NCBI RefSeq assembly: GCF_009914755.1
Contig: NC_060930.1
Origin: the human T2T-CHM13v2.0 reference genome, Homo sapiens
Reading direction: 5' to 3' (one strand)
Length of the DNA: 64,000 nt
Position 1 is the first letter of the stretch. Each line of letters starts with the position of its first letter. The position numbers and the translations under genes are program-made. The notes below the pieces were generated by a model that worked only from the letters and a program-made list of their open reading frames with translations, was not told where the DNA came from and ran no database searches. This document shows, piece after piece, positions 25,501 through 38,042 of the stretch.

Positions 25501-27802
25501 AATTGAGGGCATAAGTGACCCCTAATAAATGTTAAATCACATTATTACTACATGCTGGCAGGTCAAAGGTGCATCTGTTAACAGATGGGGAAGGTGTGGC
25601 AGTGGTAAGCTTGCACTTGGGCCATGCACAGGTGTAGAGAGAATCAGCAAAGAACATGTAGAAAGGTACTCTCATCTCAGAAAAAGGGTGTTGACAGCAC
25701 TTAGTTCAAGCTTGCCCTTTTCCCAAAGGGCAAATCCCTTCCACCGCATCTGTGCCTGCTTGAACAAGTGCAGTATGGGGATCTCATTACTTCTCAAGGC
25801 TGTTTGGTCCACTTTCAGACCTCTCTGATGTGTGCATCTCCTCACCGTCCCCCAATTCCAAATCAGAATTAGCCTTCCAGCAGTGTAGAGCTCATTGGTC
25901 CTAGTTAGTCTTTCTGGAACCTCACAGAAAAGTTTGATTCCTCCTCCGCCTGAGGAGACATCACAGAACTATCATAGCTCTGAAAGCTGACCCCTTGGGA
26001 AACTTGGTGCTCTGAGGATCTCAACACTCAAAGCCACAACACAGGCCCTCAGGCCCCATGGGACAGGGCCAACCAGGTTCTGTCCTGTGTGGTTGACTCA
26101 GCTTCTATGCTGCCCCTTGGCTTCGGGAGGGGAGGCACCTTCCCTAGCAATCCCACTGGGACTGCACACAGTGAGGGTAAAGTAGGAACCCACAAAATAA
26201 AAAATAAGCCAACTCTAACCCAAAAGTAAGGTGGTAGGAGGATGATGTTTTCTATGATAACTCCTCAAGTATTTGAAGACAGACCCCGATCCATGTAAGG
26301 TATTTCTTTCTAATGAGCAAACAAATGAAGAAACTCGTGTATTCACAACACTGCTTGCATTTAACATGCAATGTTAGATTTTGTAAAGCAAAATCTTCTC
26401 CTGCAGATGAACTGTAAGTGGTTGTGTATCTAGAAATTCACGCCCAATTGTTTTTCCTTCTGAAGGCACGCAGGGAAGGGGAGCAACATGGGGCTGTAGG
26501 GTGAGAGTCCCGCGTGGAGATTAAACGACAAGAAGTTCCTCCAGAAAGCCTGAGAAGGCAAGGCCAAGGGACACTGTTGATGGAAAGGTGGCCCCTGCAT
26601 CTGGATGGGCCCTGCTCATGCTGCTGGGAAACCAGGAGCAGCTGTCAGTCACCCCTCCAGAGGCACTCCAGCCAGCATGAGAAATGCAACACTTACCCAG
26701 CATTTCTTCCTCGCCCTCCAGGGAAATGGACCTTGACAAGGGCTCTGATCAGCCCCGTCACTACACTTTCAGAGGTTTTCCTTCAATGAACTCCTTTTAT
26801 TAAGTAAAAAAGCAAGTCCAAAATGTGGCACTAACAAGAGGAATAATTCAGAGAACTGAAGCAATGTTCACTCAAATACCTCACGCAAAAACAAAAAAAG
26901 AGTACCTTCCACATGACAAGTCTCAGGGAACTGAAGCAAGAAGAATTTTATTTTTGCCTGCAGTATCCATTCAGTCCAATTCTGTGAATACTTACTGCAC
27001 ACCCAGTAAACCCCCAGTGCCACATTTGGGGCCCTGGGATCACCAAAGTGGGAGGCAGTTCCCCTCCACGCAGTCAGTAGCCCCATGGATGGATTTGGGT
27101 GCACTCCTCAACCCCTGCTCTCTCTAAGATAGAAACCCAGTTCCCTGCCCTGAATTTTCCATCGGCCACCTGCTCATCCCACCTCGGCTGTATGTTAACC
27201 TGTCACTTAGATGAAGTGTCATCAAATAATGTCTGCCACCTACTTAATTTAGCATCCTCCCAACTTCCCTGCAGATTTTCTTTGGGCTTTGTTCGGGGAA
27301 TGCACTGCAGATGGCTCATGGTGAGGGATTCTGTTTCACAGCAGCTGTTGTGCTCTGGGATGCTGAACCGAGCCCCATTCTATGAGCTCTGACCAGGCTC
27401 CTGTACTCGTTAGACCACCTGAGGAGCTGCCCTAGCAAGAGCCTGCCAGTGTCACTGTGTGTTTGTCCTCGGGCTGCCTGGCTGCCGTGAACATGGCCAG
27501 CCGGGCCCTGTGGCCTCAGGTGCTCACACAATTACAGGGACAAGCAGAGGGCTCCACTGATGCCTCCGAAGCCTTCTAACTCACCAGGTTCTTCCCTGCA
27601 TTCTGCCGGGTTCCGTCCTTGCTCTTCTCGTCTCATTCTTCATCCTCATTCTTGGCGACCTCATTCACCTCCTTATCTTTAAGTACTACACAGCCTGGCC
27701 ATTCCTAAGTCTATATCTGCAACCCCCTCTCCTGGCTCTACCTGTGGGTGTCCTCTCTGACCACTTGCATCAAGCAGTTTCACAAACCTTATCATCATTA
27801 TA

Positions 27803-28170
27803 GCAGTGCCAGCCATATCCCGAAAGACACAATCCCTAATATTAAAATCTTGAAAGATCAAAATCCCCACAGAGCAAAATCTCTAAAGTCTAAATAAAAT
27901 TCCAAAAATCACAATCCCGAAGGATTACAATTCTGAATGTTGAAATCCTGAAAGCCGAATTCTGGAGACGTGGTTAGTTGAGTTTTCTGTTTTGTGCAGG
28001 ATAGTTGCAAAACTATTACCTTGTTGATGTCCTTATTTGGAAATTAGGTGTAGTTTCGGGAGATACGTATGGGTGCCAAGTTGACAAGGGTGTGACTTGT
28101 GGACCTAATATTAGGTGTTGACTGGATTAAGGAATAAACCTGGTAAAGCCTTAATTGGGGATTATGGCTC
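27803..28170 (+). mobile_element. Ricksha (MuDR) left end carrying a captured ERVL 3'/MLT2 fragment
   Basis: Subterminal AATCCC/AAAATC repeats (ATATCCCGAAAGACACAATCCC...AATGTTGAAATCCTGAAAG) followed by GGGTGCCAAGTTGACAAGGGTG and GACTGGATTAAGGAATA (ERVL PPT region plus MLT2 start). Confidence 0.7.
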
Positions 28171-28179
28171 AACCCCCCC

Positions 28180-28540
28180 CCCCCCACAGACGCTCTTCTT
28201 TTCTGAAACATCTAAACCTTTCTCACCTGAGGCAGGATGCCAGCATCCCCCCTTTCCCCTCTGAGGCTCCCCAACAACCACAGGGTCCTCATGTCCTGCT
28301 GGGTCTCCTTAGAATCCCTGCTCTTCTTTGTCCCAGCCACCCACTGCCATAGGTCCTTCCCTTTTCCATTGAGAAGGCTGTAATATAACTTTCTGTAAGG
28401 ATCTCTCTGTGTTGAGTCCCAGCACCCTTGCCCCAATCCATTCTCCAATGTACTGCCAGACCACAGACTTTTGGAACACAGATTTAATAGTGATATCCCC
28501 TGCTCAGAGCCCCACGATGGCCCATCTCCTGCAGCAGTGA
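28180..28540 (+). mobile_element. L2 fragment
   Basis: CCCCAATCCATTCTCCAATGTACTGCCAGA...CCCCTGCTCAGAGCCCCACGATGGC; similar L2-like sequence at ~27600-27800 on the other side of Ricksha. Confidence 0.5.
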
Positions 28541-28552
28541 TGATATTCATAA

Positions 28553-28996
<444 letters not shown>

Positions 28997-29619
28997 TGAA
29001 CAAACTGAGGCACAGAGAGGTCACTAGGCTAGGAAGTGATGCAGGCAGAGCTCACTCTCCTGTCCATATTCTTCATCCCTGGGCTACATGGCCCCTCAAG
29101 CTGTTATTCCTATAGCAGAAGGGCACTTCTGATTTTCACACCAAACCTCATGTGGAATCCTGGAACGGTATACAAAACCGATGGAAGTGAGGGGGAAGGG
29201 GACACAGGACCCAAAGCCATGCCCATTCATGTCTCCTTTCCTTTTGTGGGCTCTGAGGCCCCTTCTTGGGACTCCAGGGCTCCACAGGGCTGAAGTCTGG
29301 CCTCACTGACCCCACAATTCAGAAGTCGATCCCAGGCCTGAGTTCCAGGGGCTGTGGTCCACAAAGGGTCAAGGAGCTATGGAGGGGGGAAAGGCACCCG
29401 GAGCCAGGGTGTAAGAGCCAAAAGTGGTGCCAGGGAGCCACTGAGGTCATGCTTGTGTGGGTGAGGAAGGAGGATTCCAGTAAGGAAGGTGGAAGTCAGA
29501 GTAACTCAGGTGTGAGAGAGGTGGGGTCCTGGATGGGCCAGGAGCTCACGGTGCTGTGAGGGTGTGCTTGCTGCAGCCCAGGCAGGCAGATCCTCAGGCT
29601 GAGCTGCCTCCTACTCATG

Positions 29620-30060
29620 AATCCTCCCACATTCCACTCCCCAGAGCCTGCACACGCCATGCCTCCAGTCTGGAGGCCCTTCCTGTTCCACCTGGCCCTG
29701 GCTGATGCCCACTCATGTCTCAAGACACTGCTTCTGTGCCACCTCTTTAGCCAGGCCTGTCTCTGACTTTGCAAAGCTGAGTCCATCTTATAATCCTCTG
29801 TGCATCCCACAGCACCACAAGTGCAACCCTTATGGTGGCATCTGGCCACCATCTTTTGTTTATGGACTGACTTCCATCCCGAGCCCCCTGCCCGTCTCGT
29901 CAGATTCATGGTGGATAGGGGACGGGCATCACTCTCTCTGAAAGCTCCTGAGGCAGAGAACCTCTGAACATGAGTGTGGTCAATTCAGTGGCTGGGAATG
30001 TGTTGCCTCCAGCTCTACCTGCTGGGCAAAGCCTGACCCAGACGGATGTTTGATGATGGA
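29620..30060 (+). mobile_element. L2 fragment
   Basis: CATGCCTCCAGTCTGGAGGCCCTTCC...CTGAAAGCTCCTGAGGCAGAGAACC. Confidence 0.45.
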
Positions 30061-30429
30061 ACAAGGAATCAGGGGAGCGTCAGGGAGCCCTTTGGAGGTT
30101 GCCTGGATGATATCCACATCATTCACCTTCACTCTGGGGCTGCCCTTGGATCAGCTCAGTTTTCTTCCTTCCTCTACCCAGTCAAGCTGACTGCCAGTCT
30201 GGCTCCCTGAGGTCAGCAGAACCCCCTGACTTTTTCAGAGTCCAGCCTGCCTTAGACATGATCTTATTCACCTCCCACCAGCCATGGGTGCAGAGTATCC
30301 TCAATGGTGCCTTGAGATTCCATCTGCTCAGGCACTGCTCCTGGTCACTGCCTCCCAAGGAGCTCTTCTCACTGTGATCACTGATGACTGCCTTGGGAAG
30401 CAACGCACTGGCGGGCGAAAAGTGGGGTC

Positions 30430-30590
30430 TTTGGAACCAACCCAGGTGTGAATCTTATGGAGCTTTCTCTCTCTGTATCCCAAATTCCTCATCTGTAAAA
30501 ATCCAGGTGCTAAGGTTCACTTTCAGAAAGCAGGTTCTGAGGTTTCATGTACTTCACACATTGCACTTAGAACAGTGTCTGGCACACACA
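30430..30590 (+). mobile_element. MIR
   Basis: TTCCTCATCTGTAAAAAT...GCACTTAGAACAGTGTCTGGCACA. Confidence 0.65.
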
Positions 30591-30612
30591 ATGAAGGCTT
30601 CTTTAAAGATTA

Positions 30613-31221
<609 letters not shown>

Positions 31222-33439
31222 GAAATGGAATCTGTGGGGAGTAGAGTTTCTCCCAGAGCCAGGGAAGATGGAGGGGACAGGGATGAGCGCAGAGCTAGGG
31301 GAGTCCACCTGGAGAGAGTGGGCTGGTTCTCCCTGGGGGAGGTGCTCCTTCCACACAGGGCCCTGAAGGGCCTGGGGGAGCTGAGCTCAGTGGGGGCTGA
31401 CTGCTGGGAGTTTCCAGTGAGTACACGTCGCCATCAGCCAGGATCTAATCGGGGATCTGCAAAGGGCTCTGGCCGCATTGGGGGCGGAGTCTTTGCCTGA
31501 CTTTCACCTAATCGCAGTGTCCACTGCCTGCCACCCCGAGGGGCCAGGCCAGCTGTCCTTCCTGCTAGTGTCTATCCCCAAGGATGTCCTGTGAGGGCAG
31601 CCAGACCTGCCTGCAAGCATCCAGAAACAGAGGGCTTTGCTGTGCCCCGGGACCAAGCTTCTCCTCTTCCTACTCACCCCATGGCGACAGCCCTTTCCAA
31701 GTCTCAGGAATCCCAGGAGCCCAAGAGGAGGAGGTACGGCAGTGTGGTGCTGTAATGGTTCCACCCCTCATAAAGGCACCAGTCAGTCCAGTGAAGAGCC
31801 CTCTTGAGGCAAGACCATCATGAAACACCAGCCTGTTGCTATCACATTTGTTTTTCTCTTCAGAAGACATTTTTTACCCCAAATCTGATCCAATATCAAT
31901 GGCCACCCACTGGTCACCGTTCCAACTTAAAGAATAGCCCCCCCAAAAGCCCCCAATTTGTGGGTGATCACCATGTGCCCCAAGACTCCTTGCCTTTGTG
32001 TTGACAGCCCCATTCCCATAACTGAAGTGGAATCCAGAGCTTCTGCCATCTTTGTCCACATCCCCAGTACCTGTTCCTCTTCGTTACTGTCCCTTAAAAT
32101 GAAGCACCCAAACTGGCCACGAGGCCTCTGTCTCCTATGGGACTACCTCTCCAACGGGGTGCCTTTAGCCTTTTAAGAGGAACCACTGCTGGGTCCATTG
32201 TTTGTCCTCACTGCCCCCTAAGTACTGTGCCCCCAACAAGAGGACGTTACCATGTCACCATATAACTAAAACTGGACTTCAGACATTTTCTTTGATTGTC
32301 AGCAAAGCCAAAATAATGAGCTCCCTTGGCTGAGAGAGTGAGCAATTCTTTATCTGAGACAAGAAACCACTCCCATGAAAACTAGATGGAATTATTAATA
32401 CAGGCTTTCATAAACATCTAGGAAACATTTCATTTTGTATATATATCTATAGATATCTATAGATATAGATTTTTTTTGGCATCTGAGATTCTTCGGGCAC
32501 TTTCACAAAGGGTTGTTACAACTGCACAATGTCATCGTTTTAGTGAACACCTAGTACTTATTCCATATAGATCCCAACATTGAAAAGTCGTTTTCACTCA
32601 CGTCTAATCAACCTACTGAAATGCCTTTCTGGTCACTGGTCAGGTGTGTTGGTGAGGAGAATACACTTGATTCTTCTATCCCCAAAGTAGCCATTTTAAG
32701 GAATATCTATCCAGATACCCAAAGTGGTAAGCTCCTGGCAGCTTAACCAAATGCTAAAAGGGGTTGCTGGGTGCAATGAGAAATGCTTGAGAGGAAAAGG
32801 TGGGGGAAGCACCAGGCTGAACACGAGGTGTGCTGTGCTGTGTGTCCCATGGTGGACAGCGGGCACCTGGGGCTGGGGTGCCATGCTCCAGCAGATCGGG
32901 GAGGGAAATTTGGGAAATGCTGTTTTCCTTCCCCACACTTCTCTGAAAGTCAGCGAGCAGAGTGCTCTGTTTTTATACTAAGTTATCCATTACACAGAAG
33001 CCTGAGTACCCAACAGGCTAGAATTTCAACAGAGGCTCATCTCTTTACTTTGGAGGCAGGAAGGCTTCCACTTCATCATCACTGAAGGTAAGGGAATGTC
33101 AGTAAAGACTCATTTGTTTGACAGCTGAGGTAAGGGAACATCAGTAAAGACTCCTTCATTTGACGCCTGGTTCCTGCGGCTCTCCTGGTGTGGTGATGAT
33201 TGGCCCAGGATTTCCAGAAAGCCTAGCCAAGGGGCAGGCTGAGAAATAAAGATAAATGAATGTGAACCATCTGAGAAAGCATATCCCATCCATATCCACT
33301 GCCTGTTTTCAACGTGCAGTGGAGGGGCTGGTATGGGGGTGCAGTGGCAGAAGTTCATTACAGCTGAGTGTAAATTAGAGAAGGCACCCCCACATTCTGA
33401 TGGATACAGTCTTTTATGCTTCCAAAGCAGCCCTTGCAT

Positions 33440-33935
33440 ATATTATCCTACTTGATCCTAACAGTGATAATACCACTACACAGACAAGAAAACTGAGGCT
33501 TAAAGAGGGCATGTGATTTGTACACACTGAGACTATCAAACCCCAAATCCAGGTTTTCTGACTCCAAATCCAGAGTTTTTACCAAAGCGACACACAGTCT
33601 TCAGGGAACCAGGGAAACACCTAGCATTGATTGAATACCTACTGTGTGTCTCACACATTGTTTCTCCTATTTCATCCTCTCACAGTCCTGCCCAGTAAGC
33701 ATGAACTTGACCATTTCTCTGAAGAAGAAGCAAGTTCGGCTTTAAACAATTTGACCAGCTACAAAGTGGTGGGGAGTTGGGGTTAAAACCCAGTTCTACT
33801 AGCTTGCAAAGACAATTTTCTCTCCTCTCTGCTGATCTAGTCATTGTGTATTAGACATGAGAAAACAAAGACCCAAGAGGTTAAGTGACTTTCCGGATCA
33901 CACAGCCGGCTCAACAGAGAGCTGAGACCAAAATC
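33440..33935 (-). mobile_element. Cluster of three MIR fragments
   Basis: ACAGACAAGAAAACTGAGGCTTAAAGAGG; TCCTCTCACAGTCCTG; GAGGTTAAGTGACTTTCCGGATCACACAGC. Confidence 0.6.
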
Positions 33936-34984
33936 TGACCCAGTACAACATGGGGATCTGGGCTGGGTTATTGTCTAATCGTCACTTCCCTGAAATCAAA
34001 CAAGACTATAATGAGGTACCTGGTTAGTGCTTCCTAAGCAGCTCTAACATTTAGTAGAACAAAGTGTTGAAGGAGGTCTGGGACCTCAAAATGCCCGAAA
34101 GAATGGTATCAAAGCCGGCAGCCAGGGGCACAGCCAGGTCAGTTCTATATATAGATGTAATTGTTCACCAGCGATTTCAACTAGCTTGTCTGAGCAGCCT
34201 CGGCTCTCTTTGGTCTGCTGTCTCCATGGGTGCCAGGAACTGTGCTGTGAATATCTGGATGCTGCATCATTAAACCTATTGAGTATCTCACTGTCTGCTG
34301 AGCCCAACTGTGACTCTGTTCAAACAAATAAAGGTACCTAATGGCTGCAACCTGAATTGTGGGCACATGGCCCAAGTGGTAATCAGAGATGGCCTATGTC
34401 ACTGAGGCAGAAGACCCACAAGAAGTGCAGAGAATAACAGAGATGCAGAGGCTATTCCCAGATTCCCACTGGAAGTCCCATTAGCAGTGACAAAAGGAGA
34501 CACAGACGGAGGAGAGAGTTGCGGCAGATGGTCTCCATCCAGGAAGGAGCAGAAGAGATGCTGACGTCAAGAAAAAACGGGGGCTGTGACTCTACTGATG
34601 ACTCTATTTCCTGTTCCAGGCTACTTGGCAGGGATTCTGGTAGGAAGAATATTTATTGTCAAACCTTAATAGGCTCTATTCTTTGCAATTATTTGAGCAT
34701 CTGAAGAGAGGAGAGGGTCTTGCAACTGGAGGAGGATATTTTGCCTGGCCATTGGTTGGGGCTCAGTTGCTGTTGTGAGTGGAGTTCTGATAGCATCTCT
34801 CCGCCCTTGCAAATTTTTATAATGGCTAATTAGTATCTTGCGAGTAGAGTGGGGAAAACAGTGGATCTCTGAGCATTTTGAGGGTCAAGGATTGGAAGGC
34901 AGTTCTGCTGCACTGGGCCATATTGCAGTGAGGACAACAGAGCCCAAGAGAGGGAACTCATAATTAGGAAAGCACTTAAAATCA

Positions 34985-35097
34985 AGATGAACAGTTGTGC
35001 AGGTTGTGCACTGAACAACATTGTGGCATCATTTACTTCTTAATCTCTCTTTAGATTTTTATGGTGCACAACATGCAAATTATATGTCACAACCCTG
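34985..35097. mobile_element. MER91-like hAT MITE
   Basis: ACAGTTGTGCAGGTTGTGCACTG at left and inverted GTGCACAACATGCA...CAACCCTG at right. Confidence 0.5.
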
Positions 35098-36348
35098 GCA
35101 GTCTACACTAGCAAACCTTACACAGCCCCTAACTGTTGAGGTCAGAGAAGGGAACTGATTCTAGGTATAGCATATTGCAAATACTAGAATCCACCTTGAC
35201 CTGCCCACTCAGGTGCCCTGGAGTATTTGAAGAAGATGACTTCAGGTTTGTTTGAACTTAAAGTGCTATAGCACCAAATGCTATTACAATTTAGGACATA
35301 AGCAATTTTTGTATGAAACATATCATTCTCACTCTTAGTTCTCCGGAGTCAGAAGGAACTAAGAAAGGTTTACCTGGAGGTCAGCAAGAGCAGATGGATG
35401 AACGGGAGCCAGGGAAAGAGGGAGTTGGGCTACCAAGCCTTGGTACAGCTGAGAGCAGCTCCAGTGTGGTCAGCAGATTTCCCTGGTGGGGGCTGTGGCT
35501 GCCACAGGTTCGAATGATGCAATGGGAGTGACATCTCCAAGGACTGTGAAGGAGCCAGGGCGGGGTTCATTCAAGTAACAGGGACCTGATGAAATTCCCC
35601 TTGGGCTGTCCATGAGTGCCAATTGAAACTAGCTTGAAAATCTGCAGAAGCAGATTGGGAGCCTCACACACACTTGGGAAGGGGAGAATTTGTGGCAGAT
35701 AGTGGCTTGGCAGAGCTGAGCACTGGGGATCAATGGAACATGGCCTCTTTTACACTCAATGGCTATCCAAGGCTAAGGCCTGCTGGCTACACAGATATGT
35801 TCATTTCACTGCAGAGACAGGGAGGGTGTCAGTAAATGCTTCATTTTGTATCCCTTGTATCTGCAGGCCACAGAGGAAAGGCTCTACACCCAGACACACA
35901 AGGAATAAAGCAGTGTGTGCCTCCCAGAGTGGGTGGAAAGCCAATGATCGGACAATCAAATGGGGTCATGGAGCCAGCAGGAATGAAGCAACTGGTGTCC
36001 AGTAGAGAAGAGGGAGAGAAACCTCGAGGTCTTAATTTCACAGAGGTTCTTGACACAGGGTGGGATTCTTTGCTGTCTAAGAAGGGAACTTAGGATCTTG
36101 TAGAGTTTTGTTTTTTTTTTTTTCTGAAGCTACTTCCTCAGTGTGTTGTTTGGCCAAAATCAGGAAGAAAATAAAACCTACCTGTTAGGGTATGTTGCAC
36201 TCAGAAAACCTGGCTCAGCTGATGGGATATTTATCACACTAAGTATGCTGACATTTTCCAGGATTCTTGAGGAGGTCTAAATAGAAGGATCTAAATTCAC
36301 CAAAATGATAGCATTCTGTAAGAGAAAAGACTAAACAAAAATATCCTC

Positions 36349-36588
36349 AAGGCAAGAGGATAGCTTGAGACCAGGCATTCAAGACCAGCCTGGGCAACCC
36401 TGTCTCTACAAAAAACAAAAAAATTAGCCAGGCATGGTGGTATGACCTATAGTCCCAGCTACTAGGGAGGCTGAGGAAGGAGGATCACTTGAGCCAGGAG
36501 TTCAAGACTGCAGAGAGCCATGATGAACTGCTGCACTCCAGCCTAGGCAACAGAGTAAGACCCTGTCTCAGGAAAAAAAAAAAAAAAA
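36349..36588 (+). mobile_element. 5'-truncated AluJ
   Basis: GGAGGATCACTTGAGCC, GACTGCAG, GACCCTGTCTC J-type diagnostics; poly-A; TSD approx. AAAA(T)ATCCTC. Confidence 0.88.
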
Positions 36589-36873
36589 TCCTCTTCTGTC
36601 CAAAATAATACAGGCTGAGAGGGAAAGTCATAAGGTTTGTAAGATTCAGCTGAAGGAAAAGACAGAAAGCATATTGTGTTAATGCAGCAAGAAGAAAACT
36701 TATGAAATTGTGATAACAGGTGGTGCCCTGAAGTTAAGAATTTCTAAAGTTCCATTTTCACAATTTAACCTACCTTTAAGGACAGTAGTGCAAGTAGTTA
36801 GTTCTCAAAAAGTTCCACAGTGCCACTGCTGTCAACAAGACATTGTTTAAATGAATTGTTAGTTGGGGGCATA

Positions 36874-37318
36874 TGTCAGAGATGATAAATTCCTCTTCAA
36901 AGGTTTTAATTCCCTCTTCTTCCAGTTCTTTGTTTCTCTAGTTTCTATAGTTACCCGTGCTGTAAACAACCCTTCCTGCCCTGACTGTTCCCTGACATGT
37001 CCTGACAAGTCTAGACAGGACTTGCACCATAATGGATAGCCTTCCCCTTCCTGCCTAGATAGCTGTATTCAATTTCAAACATTAGCCAATCAGGTCAGTT
37101 TAGACTGTGCAGTCCAACCCCAGCCAATGGAGAAAGAACACAGCAGTAGGAACCAATTGCATTAGGGATAAAAACCCCTGCCCTATCCCCCGGCTCGGTG
37201 TTCTCTTGTGATCGTGACTGGCACAAGCTGCGTCCTTCTGCAGAAGTAAATTTGCCTTGCTGAGAAAATTTCTGTTTGAGTGCTATTTCTTTTGCAGCAC
37301 CAAAACTTATTTCTAACA
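36874..37318 (+). mobile_element. 5' LTR of a HERV-I/IP10-type provirus (LTR10 family)
   Basis: TGTCAGA...TCTAACA termini, AAATTCCTCTTCAAAG start typical of LTR10, CCAAT boxes (~37084, 37123), GATAAAAA TATA-like box (~37168), AGTAAA polyA-like signal (~37225), directly followed by a PBS. Confidence 0.85.
36993..37012. promoter_or_regulatory. p53-type response element in LTR
   Basis: TGACATGTCC TGACAAGTCT: two RRRCWWGYYY half-sites, zero spacer, each mismatched only at position 1. Confidence 0.65.
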
Positions 37319-37322
37319 AATT

Positions 37323-37340
37323 TGGGGGCCTGTGTGGGAT
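37323..37340 (+). other. Primer binding site (tRNA-Pro-like)
   Basis: TGGGGGCCTGTGTGGGAT versus tRNA-Pro complement TGGGGGCTCGTCCGGGAT (14/18). Confidence 0.7.
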
Positions 37341-37799
37341 TCCCATTCTCCTCTGGGGAAGGGTCCGGTCCTCTCCCATGAGGAGGCACATCCTGCTGCC
37401 TCATTGCGGTAGCCTCAGGGGTAAGGAATCGAGACTCACTCAGTGTGATGAATAAACCTGGACTCTCAGCAACACAGGAAGAAACAGACCAACAACTTTG
37501 AAAAAAGAAAAAAAAAAGGTAATCACATACTGTGGTGTCCAGGTAACTCTGTGCACAGATCAAGGTAAGAAACCTCACAGTGGCGACAAAGTATTTCCTT
37601 GATGATCGGAACATCTCGGAGGTTGGAAGTTGAAAGTGTGTGAATAAGCACTACTGGTGTGCGGAGTGAGCGAGTCCAATCTGTGGTTCTGTGGTCACCT
37701 CATATGACTTACAGCAGCCTTTTGGGGGTCCTGTCAGGGGTTTATACTGACCCACCAATGTTAAAAGGGACATGATGTTCCCTTCGGGGAAGCAGCCAG

Positions 37800-38030
37800 A
37801 GAGGAGGAAACGAAAGGAAAAGAGTGCAAGAAGCCTCCACTAGGGGGTATTGAGGCTCTGGAGAAAAGGAAAGCAAGAAATCCCTAATATGGGTGGGGCG
37901 GGGGTGGGGGTTGAGCCTCTAGAAGAAAGGAAAGGCGAGAAATCTCCAGTAGAGGGGATTGAGCCTCACACAAACCTCCAGTCATAGGGAAGGCAAAAAA
38001 TTTCCAGTAGGGGAAGTTGAGCCTCACCCT
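37800..38030 (+). repeat. Degenerate tandem repeats in ERV leader
   Basis: About four units of GAAAGG..AAGAAA.CTCCAGTAGGGG..TTGAGCCTC. Confidence 0.7.
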
Positions 38031-38042
38031 AAAACCATCAAG

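Noticed and set aside
37838-37855. CTCF-like CCACTAGGGGGTAT
   Set aside because: Lacks the conserved GGC core ending and is one variant of the leader repeat
37800-38030. CRISPR-like repeat-spacer appearance
   Set aside because: Eukaryotic ERV leader with degenerate tandem units; no unique spacers or cas genes
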